In this document: positions 63,632 through 64,000 of the stretch, in pieces
Numbering within the stretch: position 1 is the first letter of the stretch
How the letters are laid out: every line of letters begins with the position of its first letter
Assembly (NCBI GenBank): GCA_019322485.1
Contig: JAHWIK010000015.1
Span: 23,216-87,215 of the forward strand
Source of the DNA: Candidatus Woesearchaeota archaeon
GTDB lineage: Archaea; Nanobdellota; Nanobdellia; Woesearchaeales; JAHWIC01
Length of the DNA stretch: 64,000 bases
Direction: 5' to 3'
Translations under genes and position numbers: made by a program
The notes under the pieces: model-generated
What the model was told of the DNA's origin: nothing
What the model saw: the letters and a program-made list of their open reading frames with translations, nothing else
Database searches by the model: none

Positions 63632-64000
63632 ATGATGTACCCAATAGCTAACCATACCTTATTTGCCTTTTTTAGGTTATTTGTGCGGAAGGTTGAAGGA
63701 CGGAAGAACATTCCAAAGAGTAAGCCGTTTATAATGGCTGCAAATCATGATAGTATTCTTGACCCTCTGATTTTATGCTCTACTATACTGCCCTGGATTG
63801 ACCGTAAGATACATTGGCTTGCGATGAAGGGAAGGTTCTGGAATCTTTTTGGGGACAGGATTTCTAGGAATTGGGCTGGCTGTGTTCCTTTTAATGAAGG
63901 CAAGAAAAAAGCTGTAAACACATTAATAGATTTTTTAAAAAAGGGAGATAATGTTGGCATATTCCCTGGCGGTCCAAGAAGCCTTAATGGAAGCCTGACA
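63632..64000 (+). CDS. PlsC-like lysophospholipid (glycerol-3-phosphate) acyltransferase, 5' part (runs off the 3' edge)
   Basis: Hand-translated open frame MMYPIANH... with acyltransferase motif I 'AANHDSILDP' (HxxxxD) and motif III 'IFPGGPRS' (FPEGTR-like). Absent from the ORF track because it has no stop in the window. Confidence 0.55.
   Translation, partial: MMYPIANHTLFAFFRLFVRKVEGRKNIPKSKPFIMAANHDSILDPLILCSTILPWIDRKIHWLAMKGRFWNLFGDRISRNWAGCVPFNEGKKKAVNTLIDFLKKGDNVGIFPGGPRSLNGSLT

Noticed and set aside
1-64000. CRISPR arrays, transposases, integrases or prophage blocks
   Set aside because: No regularly spaced short direct repeats with unique spacers were seen. The only tandem repeats are the 145-bp gene duplication at 32.1 kb and the 24-mer pair at 58.5 kb. 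No DDE or tyrosine-recombinase-like ORFs were recognised, despite the 'transposon-encoded' label historically attached to DUF2080.

Overview
AT-rich archaeal chromosomal segment, most likely from a small-genome DPANN-like archaeon. It carries archaeal/eukaryal-type ribosomal proteins (S24e, S27ae, P0/L10, P1/L12, L1, S15P/S13e), RNA polymerase subunits Rpo7 and Spt4, an archaeal class I CCA-adding enzyme, FtsZ, a Hel308-like helicase fragment, diphthine synthase, ATP-dependent DNA ligase and intron-containing tRNAs. Almost all of the window is coding. Housekeeping blocks alternate with islands of secreted or membrane-anchored proteins; many are Cys-rich and four carry HExxH metalloprotease-like motifs. 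Three things stand out. (1) A five-gene minus-strand operon with 1- to 4-nt start/stop overlaps: two tandemly duplicated ~47-aa DUF2080-like genes, a 2016-aa surface protein with ~14 MopE-like CxDGxDNDxD repeats, and two secreted partner proteins. A TATA box and a duplicated palindrome precede it. (2) A complete-looking bacterial-type MEP isoprenoid operon (dxs-ispG-X-ispDF-ispE-ispH-GGPP synthase). No dxr is present in this window, and at the operon position between ispG and ispDF (start/stop overlaps both sides) sits gene X, a 461-aa protein with a C-terminal PEP-utilising phosphohistidine swivel domain. (3) tRNA genes with multiple non-canonical introns, including a tRNA-Asn(GUU) with both an anticodon-loop and a T-loop intron. 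Also notable are a ribosomal P0 with a ~330-aa K/E/P low-complexity extension and a lipid-gene cluster at the 3' end. No CRISPR array or obvious transposase was seen.
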